Below, one piece after another: positions 51,081-63,903 of a stretch of DNA of 64,000 nt. Positions within the stretch are counted from its first letter, which is position 1; the number at the start of each line of letters is the position of its first letter. A model generated the notes under the pieces. The model had not been told where the DNA came from and ran no database searches. It saw nothing but the letters and a program-made list of their open reading frames with translations. A program made the position numbers and the translations under genes. This stretch comes from Vermamoeba vermiformis (lineage: Eukaryota), in the NCBI GenBank assembly GCA_045837725.1, contig JBEWZL010000166.1, positions 186,001 through 250,000 of the forward strand, written 5' to 3'.

Positions 51081-51232
51081 TGGAGCTGTTCGTGAACAAT
51101 AAAATCTCACCTGTGACAGAAATTCATTTGCGACCCGGAGTGAGTTCAGCTGCACACTACTTATAGGGCAATAATTAGTACAGTACTTAGGGACATATAT
51201 TTAGCAGTTGTTAGACGAACAAAGTGTAGTGA

Positions 51233-52583
51233 ATGGAGAAAACACCTATTGACATTGACGATCTGATCACTGACGCGCAGGTAATAAAGATACGATATTA
51301 TTATCTATGATATTGCAACAACACCTATTTGACATTAAGAGGAGACGAAGCTTCAGATCGCGATCCCGTGCTAAATATTGGCCGCAAAATTCTATCACAT
51401 TGCCTATCGCGTCTAACCCCTCTCGCAGGACGCCATGTTCGCAGGAGACTACGCGCAGTGCACGGCGTTGTGTCGTCAAGCGGTGGCGCACAATCGCGAA
51501 GAGTTCTCCGCGCACGAGCTGTTGATTCAGAGTCTGCTGGCACAGCACCGCGATCACGAGGCACTCGCTGCTGCACGTGATTGGTGCGCGGTACAGCCAC
51601 GTGCACTCACACGACAGGCCACGTGGACCATTGCACGACCGCGCCAGTGGCGACTGCTCGCTCATGCCGCGTACAAGGGTGGAGCAGAGGAGACACTGAG
51701 CGAGGTACTGGACCAACAACTGGTGCTGCTGCAAGATCTGACCAATCAGGAGCTGACCAATCAGGAGCTGACCAATCAGGAGCTGACCAATCAGGAGCTG
51801 ACCAATCAGGAGCTGACCAATCAGGAGCTGACCAATCAGGAGCTGACCAATCAGGAGCTGACCAATCAGGAGGTGAGTGAAGGAGTTGAAGATGTAACCG
51901 TGCGCAACGAAGAGAGTGTCGAGTCACCTGAGATGGACGAGCACGACCTCGCAGCCCAATCACGTGATGTGCAGTGGCAGGGCACGACAGCAGTGTTGGA
52001 TGCGGTGACGACAGCGGCACTTTGGTTTGATTTGCAGGCCCGACAGGCACGTGATCAACAGACGCGCGAAGAGGACACAGAGCTCTGCACGACCATCCGT
52101 GCCCTGATCGATCAGTGGTGCACGCGCCGTGGTGATCTCAGTGCGGGAGATACAGCCCTGGTAGAGCTGCTGTTGCTGTGGTGTCACGTGCGTGCTGCAA
52201 ATGCGGTGACACTCAATCACACGCCATTCACTGAACTGATGGCGCGCGATGTGCCGAATGAGATCAAGATATATGCCCTCGCGCTCTCTTTTGTACTGGA
52301 ATTCGACGCACACAAGCCACATCTGGCGTCAGAGGGTCACGCCAAAGTAGCGCAACATGTTCAACAGCTTACGCAACTACTACACAATAGTAACAATCCC
52401 AAAATACAGAACGATATGGACACTTCCCTGTTATATCGCACCATTACAGTACTGCTTAGATTTCTCGAACCCAGCGCAAAAGAACGAGATCAAGCTAAGA
52501 ATGAACTTGCCCATATTACCCGCAGACCCGGATTATCGTTGATAGTGCTCAATAGAGCATCAGCAGTGTTAGCAACGAAATAA
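51233..52583 (+). CDS. Hypothetical TPR-like helical protein with LTNQE repeat
   Basis: Short first exon plus a long ORF; TPR-like AMFAGDYAQC..LC helix pattern. Confidence 0.65.
51738..51872 (+). repeat. Perfect 15-bp tandem repeat x9 (CTGACCAATCAGGAG)
   Basis: Nine identical units encoding LTNQE. Confidence 0.95.
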
Positions 52584-52704
52584 AACGACTCGTTTGGAAT
52601 ATGTATTATAAATGGAGAATCGCTTTGTACGCGGTCGCATCCTTCTCGTATTCATAATAATAATCGTGCGTATTATGGTATAAAATATTTATAGTATTTT
52701 ATAT

Positions 52705-53040
52705 TTAGTCGTCGAACAGACCGAAAGCACCAATAGCTTCATCCTCAGATTTGGGTTTCTCTTCCTTCTTTTCTTCCTTGGCGGGGGCAGAAGAGGCGCT
52801 AGCAGCGGTGGGAGCGCTACCAGAGGGGGCAGCACCAACGGCGGGGACTGAGGCCAACTTTTCTTTACCAGCAGCAATAACCTCATCAAGGTTCTTGCCC
52901 TTAAGTTGCTCCAAAACTTGGTTCAAAGCAGCATCGTCGACATTGACATCAACGGAGCTCAAGATCTTCTTGATGGCAGCAGCATCGGGGTTAGCATTAC
53001 CACCCAAAACAGCAAGCAAGTAAGCAGCAACGTAGCGCAT
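52705..53040 (-). CDS. RPLP2: 60S acidic ribosomal protein P2
   Basis: MRYVAAYLLAVLGGN...GFGLFD-like tail (AFGLFDD); a 5' UTR intron ends at the ATG. Confidence 0.97.
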   Translation of the reverse strand: MRYVAAYLLAVLGGNANPDAAAIKKILSSVDVNVDDAALNQVLEQLKGKNLDEVIAAGKEKLASVPAVGAAPSGSAPTAASASSAPAKEEKKEEKPKSEDEAIGAFGLFDD

Positions 53041-53791
53041 CTAAAAATATAATAATTATTATTTATTATTTATTTTCGTTCAAAATTATTGAGCACGCGC
53101 TTAGATAGATAAATAATGCATAGTTAATTATTATTATTGGATATACAATTATTAATTTGTTGCTCGATACAATTTTCAATTTTTTCGCAGATTGATCGGT
53201 GCTTTAGTTTGTTATAATGATTGGCGTATTAATATGCAGCAAGGTAACAATGGTCGCAGATAGTTACCTTTATTTATTGAGGATTTGTGTTAGTGCGGAG
53301 TGAGGAACTCTAAAAAAACAATCGATGAAAGGAAGAAGAACCAAAACTTGACCGTCTTTTTTGCTTGCCAAATTTTGACAGTCAAAATTAAAGTTGCGAA
53401 ATTTGCCACCCAAAACCGATGAAACTAAGAAACATCCCTGAACTGCCTTTAACAACACCACGGAAGAGGACCTATAATAAGAAATTAGTTATAACATCTG
53501 TTACCAACGAGATGCTTTTAGATCTTTCTCTTCTTCGCAGTACACACAACGCAGGGACCTGCCTTCGGGCTGATGATAGTTGCGATTATACAAAGATCAA
53601 AAATTACGTTTATTTAAAAGTTTTCCGATTCATGTTGCACCCACTTAGTGGCACGTCAATAATTTCTCGCGTAACTTGTTTCTCTATGTCACTCGTGTCA
53701 ATCGCGATACGCAGAAAGAAAACACCACACTTCTTAGCCTACATTTCTTTAGTTCTCATATAAAAGGCATTTAATTAACAGACGAGTATCA

Positions 53792-54476
53792 ATGGGAGAT
53801 CAAGGGTCACCTGTCATAAAAAAAACTATTATATCTTCTCCTTTAACCAATTCTCAAAATAATTCCACGCTTGGGTCGAGTGCAGGTAACGCGAAAATGA
53901 TTGATATCACATTTATTTGTCTAACGAAGTGGATCGTGAAATTTATTTTGTTATTTACCGCAAAATCACACTAATTATCGTGCTCACAGAACTCCCACCG
54001 CCACCACCTCCTTTGTCAAGCAGTCCCGTGCGCGAGGAAGTCAAAGCTACCCCCACCAGTGCCCCTGCTCCGATCAGCAAGGCGAAGAAGTCACAAATCA
54101 CCAAGACAGGCTACATGTTCAAAGAGGGCGGCAAGTACAAGACCTGGTGCGTACCGATAGAGTGCTAGTGTACCCGCTATGCATATATATACATTGCTGC
54201 GTTGCACTCGCGAACTGACAGCGCGTCACTGACAGGAAGCAACGACTGTTCGTGCTCGATGCCGGCAAAGTGATCTACTACGCAGTGCAGGGCGCGAAAC
54301 AAGACAAGAAGGGTGAAGTGGACATGAGTCAAGTCACTAAAGTAGAGCCCGCGATTGGTGCTAAGCGCGAGTTCTGCTTTGAACTGGTGACCGCTGATCG
54401 CGTGTGGAAGTTTGCCGCGAGTTCGTACGAAGAGATGACTGCCTGGGTGGACGCGTTTCGATCGTGGGTCAAGTAG
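53792..54476 (+). CDS. Small PH-domain protein with proline-rich linker
   Basis: KTGYMFKEGGKYKTWKQRLFVL, FELVTADR, EEMTAWV. Confidence 0.9.
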
Positions 54477-54625
54477 TGGGCCTTGTAGTAGATAAAGGGG
54501 TGTTTTGTGTACTGGATTTATTCGTGGTCGTTGGCGAGATACATGTTACAGTACTCAGAGGGGTAGTATGTATAATCTATTGGGTGTAGGGTGTTCGGGA
54601 GAGTGGATCTGGATGTGGCTGAGAA

Positions 54626-55385
54626 TTATTGATTGTTGACTTTGTCCTGCAGCGACATAGTTACTAACTTGTGCAGTATAATATGATCGGAGATACATAC
54701 TTGATGGGACTTCAACAGCTTCTCAACAAAGTTTTCAATCTTCTCTCGTGGATGCAGTCCAATCATCGTGTCAATCACTTGTCCTCGTGCTGATGCGCAT
54801 CAATATGTGTTTCAATACGTTGAAGAATGAGAGTTACTTACAAAATGCGAATACAGCTGGAATAGCAGTTAAATTGAGGTGTTCAGCGGTGACTGGGTTG
54901 CTATCGACATCTAACTTGGCCATTTTAACTACTCCTTGACCTTTGTCTTCAACAGATTTCTCTAAAATAGGACCGAGTGTTCTACAAGGGCCACACCAGC
55001 TAATAACGAGATATTGTAAATGGGTTGGAATAAGAGGTCGGAAAATAATAATAATAAAAAATTGAAAATAATATTGCAAAATTAGTCGCCTATCACCAAG
55101 TACTTTAATAATGACAAATGTATTGCTGGTAGTAATGTTGCGTCTTGAAAATTATTTTTACCTTGCCCAGCAGTCCAAAACAACTGGATTCTTGTGTGAG
55201 GCTTCTACAACAAGCTGTTTCCAATTTTCATCAGTGACATCGAATGCAACTCCTGTATTGGCATTATCAGCTGTGTATTTAGAGGTTGAGAACAAGCTTT
55301 TGGAAGCTTGGAAGGAAAGAGATTTGGAGACGGAAGTGGATCTGGAGGATAATAAAGCTCGCGATTGACGAACAAGTGCTTGCAT
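54626..55385 (-). CDS. Mitochondrial thioredoxin
   Basis: Presequence, VVLDCWA|SWCGPC, AIPAV. Confidence 0.9.
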
Positions 55386-55669
55386 AGTTGTGCTTGATTG
55401 TTTGTAGCGCGGACAATTGAGCTTGAGAAGAGTGATGAAAAATGACTTCACCGGCGCACGTGATTGAGCACGTGACTGCGCAGTACAATACCGAGCAGCT
55501 AAATATGCACGAATTGGAGCAGCATGCAAAAGTAGCGTTCAATTCAACGTGCAGCGGTTATTTATTTGTTTTTACAAGGGAATGTTGAACCGATGCAACA
55601 AATTCAAAAATGTGCGGTCACCGAGACAATAGAGTGTTATTAATTACAAGAATTCGCGGCAAGGGTGAA

Positions 55670-57434
55670 TTAATAGAAGTGGGGTTGGGGAGGTGGTCTG
55701 GCACCAGGTTGATGAGGAGGGGGAGGTGGGCGGGGTTGATGGTGATGCGGGGGAGGGGGAGGTCTGTGCGGGGGCGGGGCGTGCGGGGGTTGTGGCGGAC
55801 GATGCGCAGTGTGTGGCGGATTGGGGGGCCGTGACTGATGGTGCGGTGGTGGAGGAGGTCTGGTGCTGTGGTGTGCCGTGCCATTGCCGTTGTGATGCGA
55901 TGACAGGTGTGACGTCACGTGACTGGGCAAGTGACTGACAGGGACGTATTGACCGCCCTCCACTTTCTGCCGCTTGTTCGCTCTGTTGTCCTCGGGGTAG
56001 TGTCGCGTGTGTGCAGGAGGAGGGTGTGCGTTGTGATAGGGCGGATGTGCAGTGTGTCCGTTGTTGTGACTGTACGGCGCGTGATTGGTGTTGTTGTGCG
56101 GGTGATGGGGCCCGACAGGACCAGGACCAGTGCGTGCTGGCAGCTGTTGTTTCCTCTTGCGCGCAGTGAACTCGTGACTGGACGGGTACTTGGGCAGCTC
56201 TGACGGGTCACACGGCATGGGCTCGGACCAAAAATAGTCGCTGTCCAGTGCCTGCGAGCACGTGATGCGCTTCTTGGGATCGAGCGTGAGCATGCGCGAG
56301 ATGAGATCGAGGGCCTTGGTGTCAAAGTTGCTGAACACTTCGCGCAGTCGTGGTCGGTAGCTCTTGGCAGGACAGAACTTGTCGTACCACACCAAGTTCT
56401 TGGCGTCGCTCCAGTTCTCTTCAGTCGGTGAGCCACACAGGCGGAAGATGAGATCGAGCTGATCCAGTTCAGTCTTGCCGGGGAATATCGGCTTCTTATA
56501 GAGCAGTTCCGCCATAATGCAGCCCACGCTCCACATGTCCACTGCAGGGCCGTAAGAGTTGGCACCGAGCAGCAGTTCAGGCGGGCGGTACCAGAGCGTG
56601 ATGACGTTGTTGGTGTAGTTGCCGCCCTTGGAACTGACGGGCCGCGCGAGTCCAAAGTCCGCGAGCTTGAGCACACCTTGGTTGTTGATCAGCAAGTTCG
56701 AGGCCTTGATGTCGCGGTGCAGCACGTTGTTGCTGTGCAGATAGTGCAGACCTTCGAGCAGCTGCTTCATGTAGCACTTGATGTGCTCGGGCTTGAACCA
56801 CTGCGCATTGGGGGCTTTGAGTGTCGGCGAGTCCAACAGCCCTGCTAGATCGTGATCCATAAACTCGAACACGAGGTAGATGCTGCCCTTCTTCACTGGA
56901 TCTCCTTCTGTACCTGCACGCGCGCGTTAGAATACTTATACTATTACACCGGAACTCGAGAATAAGAATTACAAAGCGCTAATCTGCTTTTGAAAGAAAA
57001 TTCTTACCTTTTGACGTGACGATTTCTTTGAGCTTTATTATATTCTTATGATTCAACTCTTTCAATATTTTTATTTCTCTGATGGCTGTAATTGGGAACT
57101 GCACAGAGAATAACAAATTACCAAAATGAGCATAAAAAAGCGTGAGTGATCCAATCTAACTTACACCGTCTTTCTCATTTTCCATTCGAATTCTTTTGAG
57201 TGCTACTATCTCATTTGTTATTTTACATCGAGCTTTGTACACTTGTCTACGGAGGCAAAGTATTATTTATTAAATTTTATTATTCTGGATGGAAAATTTT
57301 AAAATAATGACGAGGCAATCAAATAATTACCCATAAGTTCCTTCTCCAATTTGTTCTATTTTTTCATATATATCTACAGTGCGTGTGCCCCATTCAGGAT
57401 CTTGATTATCTTTATTATTGTTTGTGGACTGCAT
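55670..57434 (-). CDS. CTD kinase, PITAIRE-type CDK (CDK9/CDKC/CDK12 group)
   Basis: [37 protein letters not shown]; His/Pro-rich tail. Confidence 0.95.
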
Positions 57435-57651
57435 CTCTTCTTGCAAATCTCTTGGCTTAATAAATCATTGCTGAAAAAGAATACGAACTACAATAATAAA
57501 CGAGATACCAATATCAATCTAAATACAAGTGTCTGGTCTATTGTGTAACCGTGTTCTTCTCGAGTTCAAAAATTGTCCGCTCTCCAACATGCCTAATTAG
57601 GACCGCAAAAATAAAATTGATAAATCACCGCACTCCATCGACTAGGGAACA

Positions 57652-59298
57652 CTATTTACGTCTCAACAACACGAGTAACATGTCATTGACATTGGTGCCA
57701 GTGTGTCCGACTTCCAATGCATCGCCCAGGGCGTGAAACACGTGATAGGAGTCGTTCTGCTCCAAGCGATCACGTGCGTTCAATTGCTGTTCATGAATGC
57801 GCGCCACACTGCTCGCATCGATCACGGCACCCATCGCGGGGGAGTTGCCTTCAATGCCGTCGAAGGCTGCCGAGATGACTGTCCAGTCCCAGTGCTGCTG
57901 CCATTCATGAACCGAGTCACGTGACTGCAGACCCATGCCACCATCGACCAGGGCTGCGAGTAGGAGCTCTTGATTGCGACCTCCGCGGCCCTTGCCCTTC
58001 ACTGTCACCGTGCACTCGCCAGTACACAGCAGTGCCACCAGCTGATCCGTGTCTCGGAGCTCTCGTCCGAGCGAGTGCAGTGCGGGACACTGACCAGGGC
58101 CTATCAATTCACCGCGCAGCTGTCCAGCAATCATGTGCGCGAGTGACTGGCCCACATCACGTGCTTCACCCTTCATGCTGCGCGTCACCACTGTCACGTG
58201 CTGCACGCCTGACTCGCGCAACAGTTGTGACACGGCAAGTTCGGCGGTGAGTGCGCTGCCAATCACGTGATTGGTCACGTGCTCGAACAGTGCCGCACCG
58301 GGCTTGGGAGTCTCGTGCACCTCACCAGCCACACCGCGCTGCACGTGCTGCAACACTGCGGGGGGCACTTGTTCGCCGCGCTGCTGAATTCGTTCGTGAA
58401 GGACGCGCATGGCCTAGTGACAGGTGTCAAACAGTGCTCGGCAAGGAGCATCACGTGACTTACATCCTGGTAGGTGGAGGTGTCAGGCACCGTGGGTCCT
58501 GAGGCAATTACATCGAGCGGATCTCCAATCACATCGCTGAGCACGAGACTGATCAGCACCGAGTCATGCGATTCACCTGTTGCGGTCAGAGGACATTGCC
58601 ATATTAGGTGATGACGTTACCTTCGATCACGTGACGCGCGAGTTGTCCGCCTTTGACGGCAGAGAGGTGTTTGCGCACGGCATTGAGCTCGGTGATGTCC
58701 GCGCCAGACTTGAGCAGCAGGCCATTGATCGTCTGCAGCTCGTGCAGTGTGAGCGGGGCTTGGGGCAATTCGAACAGACTCGAGCCACCGCCACTCATCA
58801 ATACCACCACTGCGCGGGGGTGATCCGAGGCTGTTTCGCTGCTCGGGGTTAGGAATATGGAGTGTAGTTATTAGGTATAGCTTACTTAATGATACGAAGC
58901 TGTTCTAATGTGCCATCAATGGTGCTTTGATCTAAAATTGGATGTGCTGCGAAATTGATTTTAATATTGATGTTGCTATTCGGTCCCCCAAACTGATTGG
59001 GATGTGATTGACCCTTAGGTATATTAATTGCACCATATAAATTATATTTGTCGTTGCTGCGATTCGCTGCATCAATAAGGCCTTGACACATCTCCGCTGT
59101 CGCTTTGCCCGCACCAAGTACGACAACGCGTCTATCGGCACCGAGGGGATAGCGCAGCGTCGGTCCACCATTGGGTGCGTGGATCAGGATGTGATTGTCT
59201 TGAAAGGCGACGTGTTTCTGCACCAATTCACGCGGATTCACTGCGCGAATGCCGTGCATTATAGCCTTCTTAGCGAGCTCTTTGATTATAGCGCTCAT
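57652..59298 (-). CDS. Glycerate kinase, MOFRL family (GLYCTK/TtuD-like)
   Basis: GAGKA, SGGGSSL, ELNAVRKHLSAVKGG, SDVIGD, IASGPT, GGRNQE, TGTNVND. Confidence 0.93.
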
Positions 59299-59524
59299 TA
59301 TGTGGTATTGTTATTATAGCGACTGCAGGACTGATTGCACAAATTGCAAATCAACGAAGAGTTCTCTTGCCTAATTAGGAAATGACCGCAAGCGTAATTG
59401 ATAATGCGATGGTTATTTAAATGACAGTGCGTGACTGCAAATATGTACAATAAATACATGGACCCCTCAACACTTGAAGGTCCTTTAACTCGTTACAAAT
59501 GAACCAGATCCAACTCAGCGGCGC

Positions 59525-61368
59525 TCAATCGTCCAAGTCCACATCAGTTCTGAAGCTGATCTTGATCTCGCCATCATCCTGCGCCTTGGCTCGTCTGCGC
59601 GCCTCTTCGTCCTCATCGGGCACATTGAACTGCTGCATGGCGAGTGCTGCGAGATCAATGCGCGCTGGCCAGTACGCGAAGGTGAGCACGTGTATGTAGA
59701 GATTGAACAGCGCGAGGAAGGCGAGGAACTGCGCGGCATTGTTGGTCTGTGGTCCGACATAGCCGAACACGACGCCAATGATGGTGGCAATCAAGATGAG
59801 CACGGTGAATGTGGCCAGGAAGGTGAGGCGGAGGGCAATGTCCTTGTCGGGATCAATGTACGCGAGTGTGGTGACAATGGTGCGCGTGAGGGAGGGCGTG
59901 ACAGCGGAGTGGGGCGTGGAGGGTGGCGTGGACTCGGGGGCCACCTGTTTGACGGACTCTTTGAGCGCACTGCCCGCTTTGATGATCAGGAACAAGAGCC
60001 AGCACACATAGGCCAGCACCACCAGCAACATCACCACGTACATGACCTGAACGGTGACACGTGTCAATCGCTGCACTGCAAGCAAGGGGTCCACTTACCA
60101 AGTAGCCCGGTATCTCGTTGAGCGCACTGCCTGGATCGTCACTCGTGTACAGTCTGACGGAGATTAGTGCGTGACAGGTGTGACATGTCATCATCATGCA
60201 TGACACGTGTCAATGGTACGTACTGCGTCCAGGTGTAGATGGCGATGGCCAGTATCCAAAACACGAGCATGAGCGCCACTTTGGGTGCGTAAAATCGCTT
60301 GTAGCTGCGCGCGAGGGGCGTCTTCTTTCTGAACGCATCGAACATGACGAGCCAGAACAGCAGCAACAGGAACAAGAAGCTGCTCAGCAAGAACTGATTC
60401 AAGAACACTGGGAACCAGCCACTCATCAGCACGGACAGCGCGTAGAACGGATCTGAGGCAAGAGTGTTAGTACGATGTGCTGACACGTGTCAAACAGCGA
60501 GCAGCACGCACTGTTGTAGGCCAGCAGACCGAGCAGCAGCGCACCAATCCAGCGCTGTTCAATGGCCCAATCTCCCCAGCGATGTCCTGTCATCTTGCGC
60601 GCGTAGATGACGAGCCAGGCCGCGGTGACGAGCAAGAACACGAATCTGAACCACAGCTCGAACACGGTGTACGCCTCATTCACCGCGCTGAAGGTGAAGC
60701 GACAGTCGCGCAGCTGTGCACTCTCGGGGAATGCGAGCACGTGCAGCTGAATGCGATAGGCCCAGTGCGCGAGGTGCTTGGAGTGCAGCAGCGTGACGTC
60801 ATCGCACCACTCGCTGCCCAGCTCACAGGTCACGTGACGACTGTGCGGCGTGGTGCTCGCACTCAACACTTGCCACGCACTGCCCTCGCTCTCTTGCGCG
60901 TAGATGGTCTGGTGGAAAGTGATGCTCGTGTCCACATCTGTCACGTGTCACTTGTCGTTCACTGAAAAGTCCAGTTGCGGCAGTTACGTACCGACAGTCT
61001 TCCAGTGTTTGAATGACGCGATCAAATAGAGCTCTTGATTGAATTTAGAGAGGCCTGTCACTGATCCCTCCCATAATGACCCGTTCTAATGCGTGTTAGA
61101 CCAGATCCGGGTAATTGAATTTTACTTGAATTTATTACCTGTGCCCATTGCAGTCCCGGAGTTGGGTTTTCCACTTCGGCCGATATAAACACATCGGGGC
61201 CTAGTGATGAATATTTTTGTTGATTTTTTGTCAATTTTCTGTTTTTGTTTAAATTAAATTACCTGCCGCGCCGATAATAATTGAAATGATGAATAACACG
61301 GAGAACACTACAAACATCAGCAAGAAGGTCCTCTTACTGAGATTGTGCAGGTTCATCCTCATTCGCAT
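59525..61368 (-). CDS. TMEM181: TMEM181 (Wntless-like) membrane protein
   Basis: NLSKRTF, YTVFELWFRFVF, WAIEQRW, NDPFY, FYAPK, NLYI..LTFAYWP. Confidence 0.88.
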
Positions 61369-61616
61369 AATTCTAAATTGCAAGCGAGTTAGCTCTGTGA
61401 ATGTAGTGCAGCGCGGCACTTACGAGTTCTCCATTGCTTGAATAGATGACCTAAGAGGGCAGTTAAATTATCAAGTTGTTAGTGTGCGTATCATATGCCA
61501 CGCTGTTGTGCACGCAGTTGTCGAGCTAATGCAGTTCTGCGCTATTTCTCACACCCAACAAGACCGAGCGCAACAACACAGCTCCGATTGTACCACCACT
61601 CTATTGTCAGTTAAAT

Positions 61617-63903
61617 ATGGCTCAACCACCCATTGCACCCCCTCCTGGATTCGATGCTCCTCCTCCTGGACTCGATCGACCTCAAGATCTTGATCTCAAG
61701 TCAATTCAACAACTTGGCAACAAAATATTAGCCAAATCCAACGAAACAACTCTCAGCGATGATAACAAGCATAATAATAACGCTGTAGTGTCTGAGGACA
61801 GCAACGAGAAGAAAGAAAAATTAGAGAACGCATCTGTTAAAAACCAGAACGAGAGAAACACTAATAAACGGCGTGGTAGAGGCACCAATCAACCGCGCAA
61901 TCAAGGCGATCGTCATGCTAACAACGCACATTCTCACACCGAGGAGCATAAACCGCATTCAAAGAATCCTGGCCGAGGTCGTGGCCAACAGCGCGGAGAA
62001 CAATCATCGCGCGGCCGAGGTGCCAATAATACACAGAGTACTAATGCACCTGCTGCTGGCAAGAAATTGAAGAACATTTCAGATTTCAACAGTGCTCGAT
62101 CAGACACCAAAGCAGCAGCGGAGAAGCAAGAAGAGCTCACGAGCACCACTGTCCCCAGCGAGGACGCAGCAGACGACAGCGATGCCGTGTACTGCTTGAC
62201 GTGCTGCGAGCCCATTGCCTTCTTCGCACTCGGACCGTGCAATCACCGCGATCTGTGCGACAAGTGCTCGCTGCGCATGCGCGAGTGCTACAAGGACAAC
62301 ACGTGTCCGCTGTGCAAGAACGCGATTGAACAGGTGCTGTACACGCGCGACACGAGCAAGAAGTACGAGGAGTACGATGTGAAGCAGATGTGGTACGACG
62401 ACCTGTTGAAGGCGTACTTTGAAGACGAGGCACACTACACCAAGACACTGACGCTGTGGGACTTTGTGTGTCCCGTGTGTCGCGAGCACAAGAGCAAGTT
62501 CAACGGCCTGTTCGCGCTGCAGAAGCACATCAAGAGCGCGCACGAGCTGTACTACTGCGAGGTGTGTTTGAAGTACCGCAAAGTGTTCCTGCACGAACAG
62601 AAGCTCTATTCCAAGCAAGAGCTGCCCAAGCACAAGCGCGAGGGTGACAGCGAACTCAAGCTCAAGCCGCACTCGTGGTGCGAGTACTGCAAGCAATATC
62701 TGTTCGGCGAGGACGAGCTGTTCTACCACTGTCACGACAAGCACGAGACGTGTTTCTTGTGCGAGGGCAAGGGCATTCGCTGGCAGTACTTCCGCAACTA
62801 CGATCACCTCGAGCGACACTTTGACGCGCGGCACCACCTCTGTCACGATCAGGAGTGTCTCGCGCGCAAATTCGTGGTGTTCGACTCGCCGATTGAACTG
62901 CAGGCCCATCGCATCAGCGTGCACGGCAAGCAGATGAGCAAGCAGGAGCTGTTGCAGGCCAAGACACTGCAGGTCAATTGGAATGCCGGCACGAACACCA
63001 ATCAGAGCTCCGGGGCCAGTGCCGACGAGGGCTACGTGATGCACTTGAAGTTCGATGTCGGGGATGGTGCGCCGTCACCGAATGCCATCAAGTCCGCACT
63101 CGCCAGCAACGAGGCACCCAACAACAACAACAACAATAACAATAATAATAGTGACGGCAATGTGGCTGCCAATCTGTCGCGTGATGAGATTGCCAAGTAA
63201 GTACATACGAGCCATATATCACTGACACTCGATTGACACGTGTCACAGACGCAACAAGGCCGTCATCTCCGCCATGAAAGCCTATTTAGGCAATGAGGCC
63301 AAATTCACGCAGTTCCGCAATGTTTCGGCGCAGTTCCGACAGCGTCAACTGAGCACCGATCAGTACTGGCAAGAATTCATTTCCATATTTGGCAAAGACC
63401 CAACCGGCCTCGATCTCTTTGAAGCCCTGACTGAACTGTTGCCCGACACTGACGCAGACCTCCGTGCGACACTTTTGACACTTGTCGCGACTGCTCGTCT
63501 CGACCAGGGCCCGTCACGTGTGGACTCGCGCCAATTTCCTTCTTTGGCAGGCAATGCACGTGACGCACAACAAGTCTCGCTGTCAGCTAATTATAGCACA
63601 CTGCTGCGTCCCTCGGCACCCCCCTCGCGCGAAGAATTCCCCGCCCTGGCCCCGTCCCGTGCAGCGAGTGCCAGCACACGTGGCAGTGCCCTGCACCAAC
63701 ACCAGTACTTCCAGCAACACCCCTCGCTGCTGCCCAACTTCTACGCGCCCAGGAGTGCTGGCAACGCACCGAACTCTGCCGCGCAGCAATCCAACAATAA
63801 TCCCGCTGGCACCAATGCCGCGGTGAATAATCCCGCTCCAGCCAATCAGCAGCAAGGTGGCAAGAAGAAGAAGAAACAAGTGCAAGTGCTCAGCTGGGGA
63901 TAG
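61617..63903 (+). CDS. ZNF598: ZNF598/Hel2 RING E3 ubiquitin ligase
   Basis: RING (CLTC..PCNH..CDKCSLRMR..CPLC), C2H2 fingers, KFVVFDSPIELQAH, EEFPAL motifs, KKKKK tail. Confidence 0.93.

Noticed and set aside
62100-63044. Long antisense ORFs (also 12788-13546, 10994-11593, 55915-56676)
   Set aside because: Shadows of GC-rich or repetitive coding sequence on the opposite strand or an alternate frame; no independent motifs.
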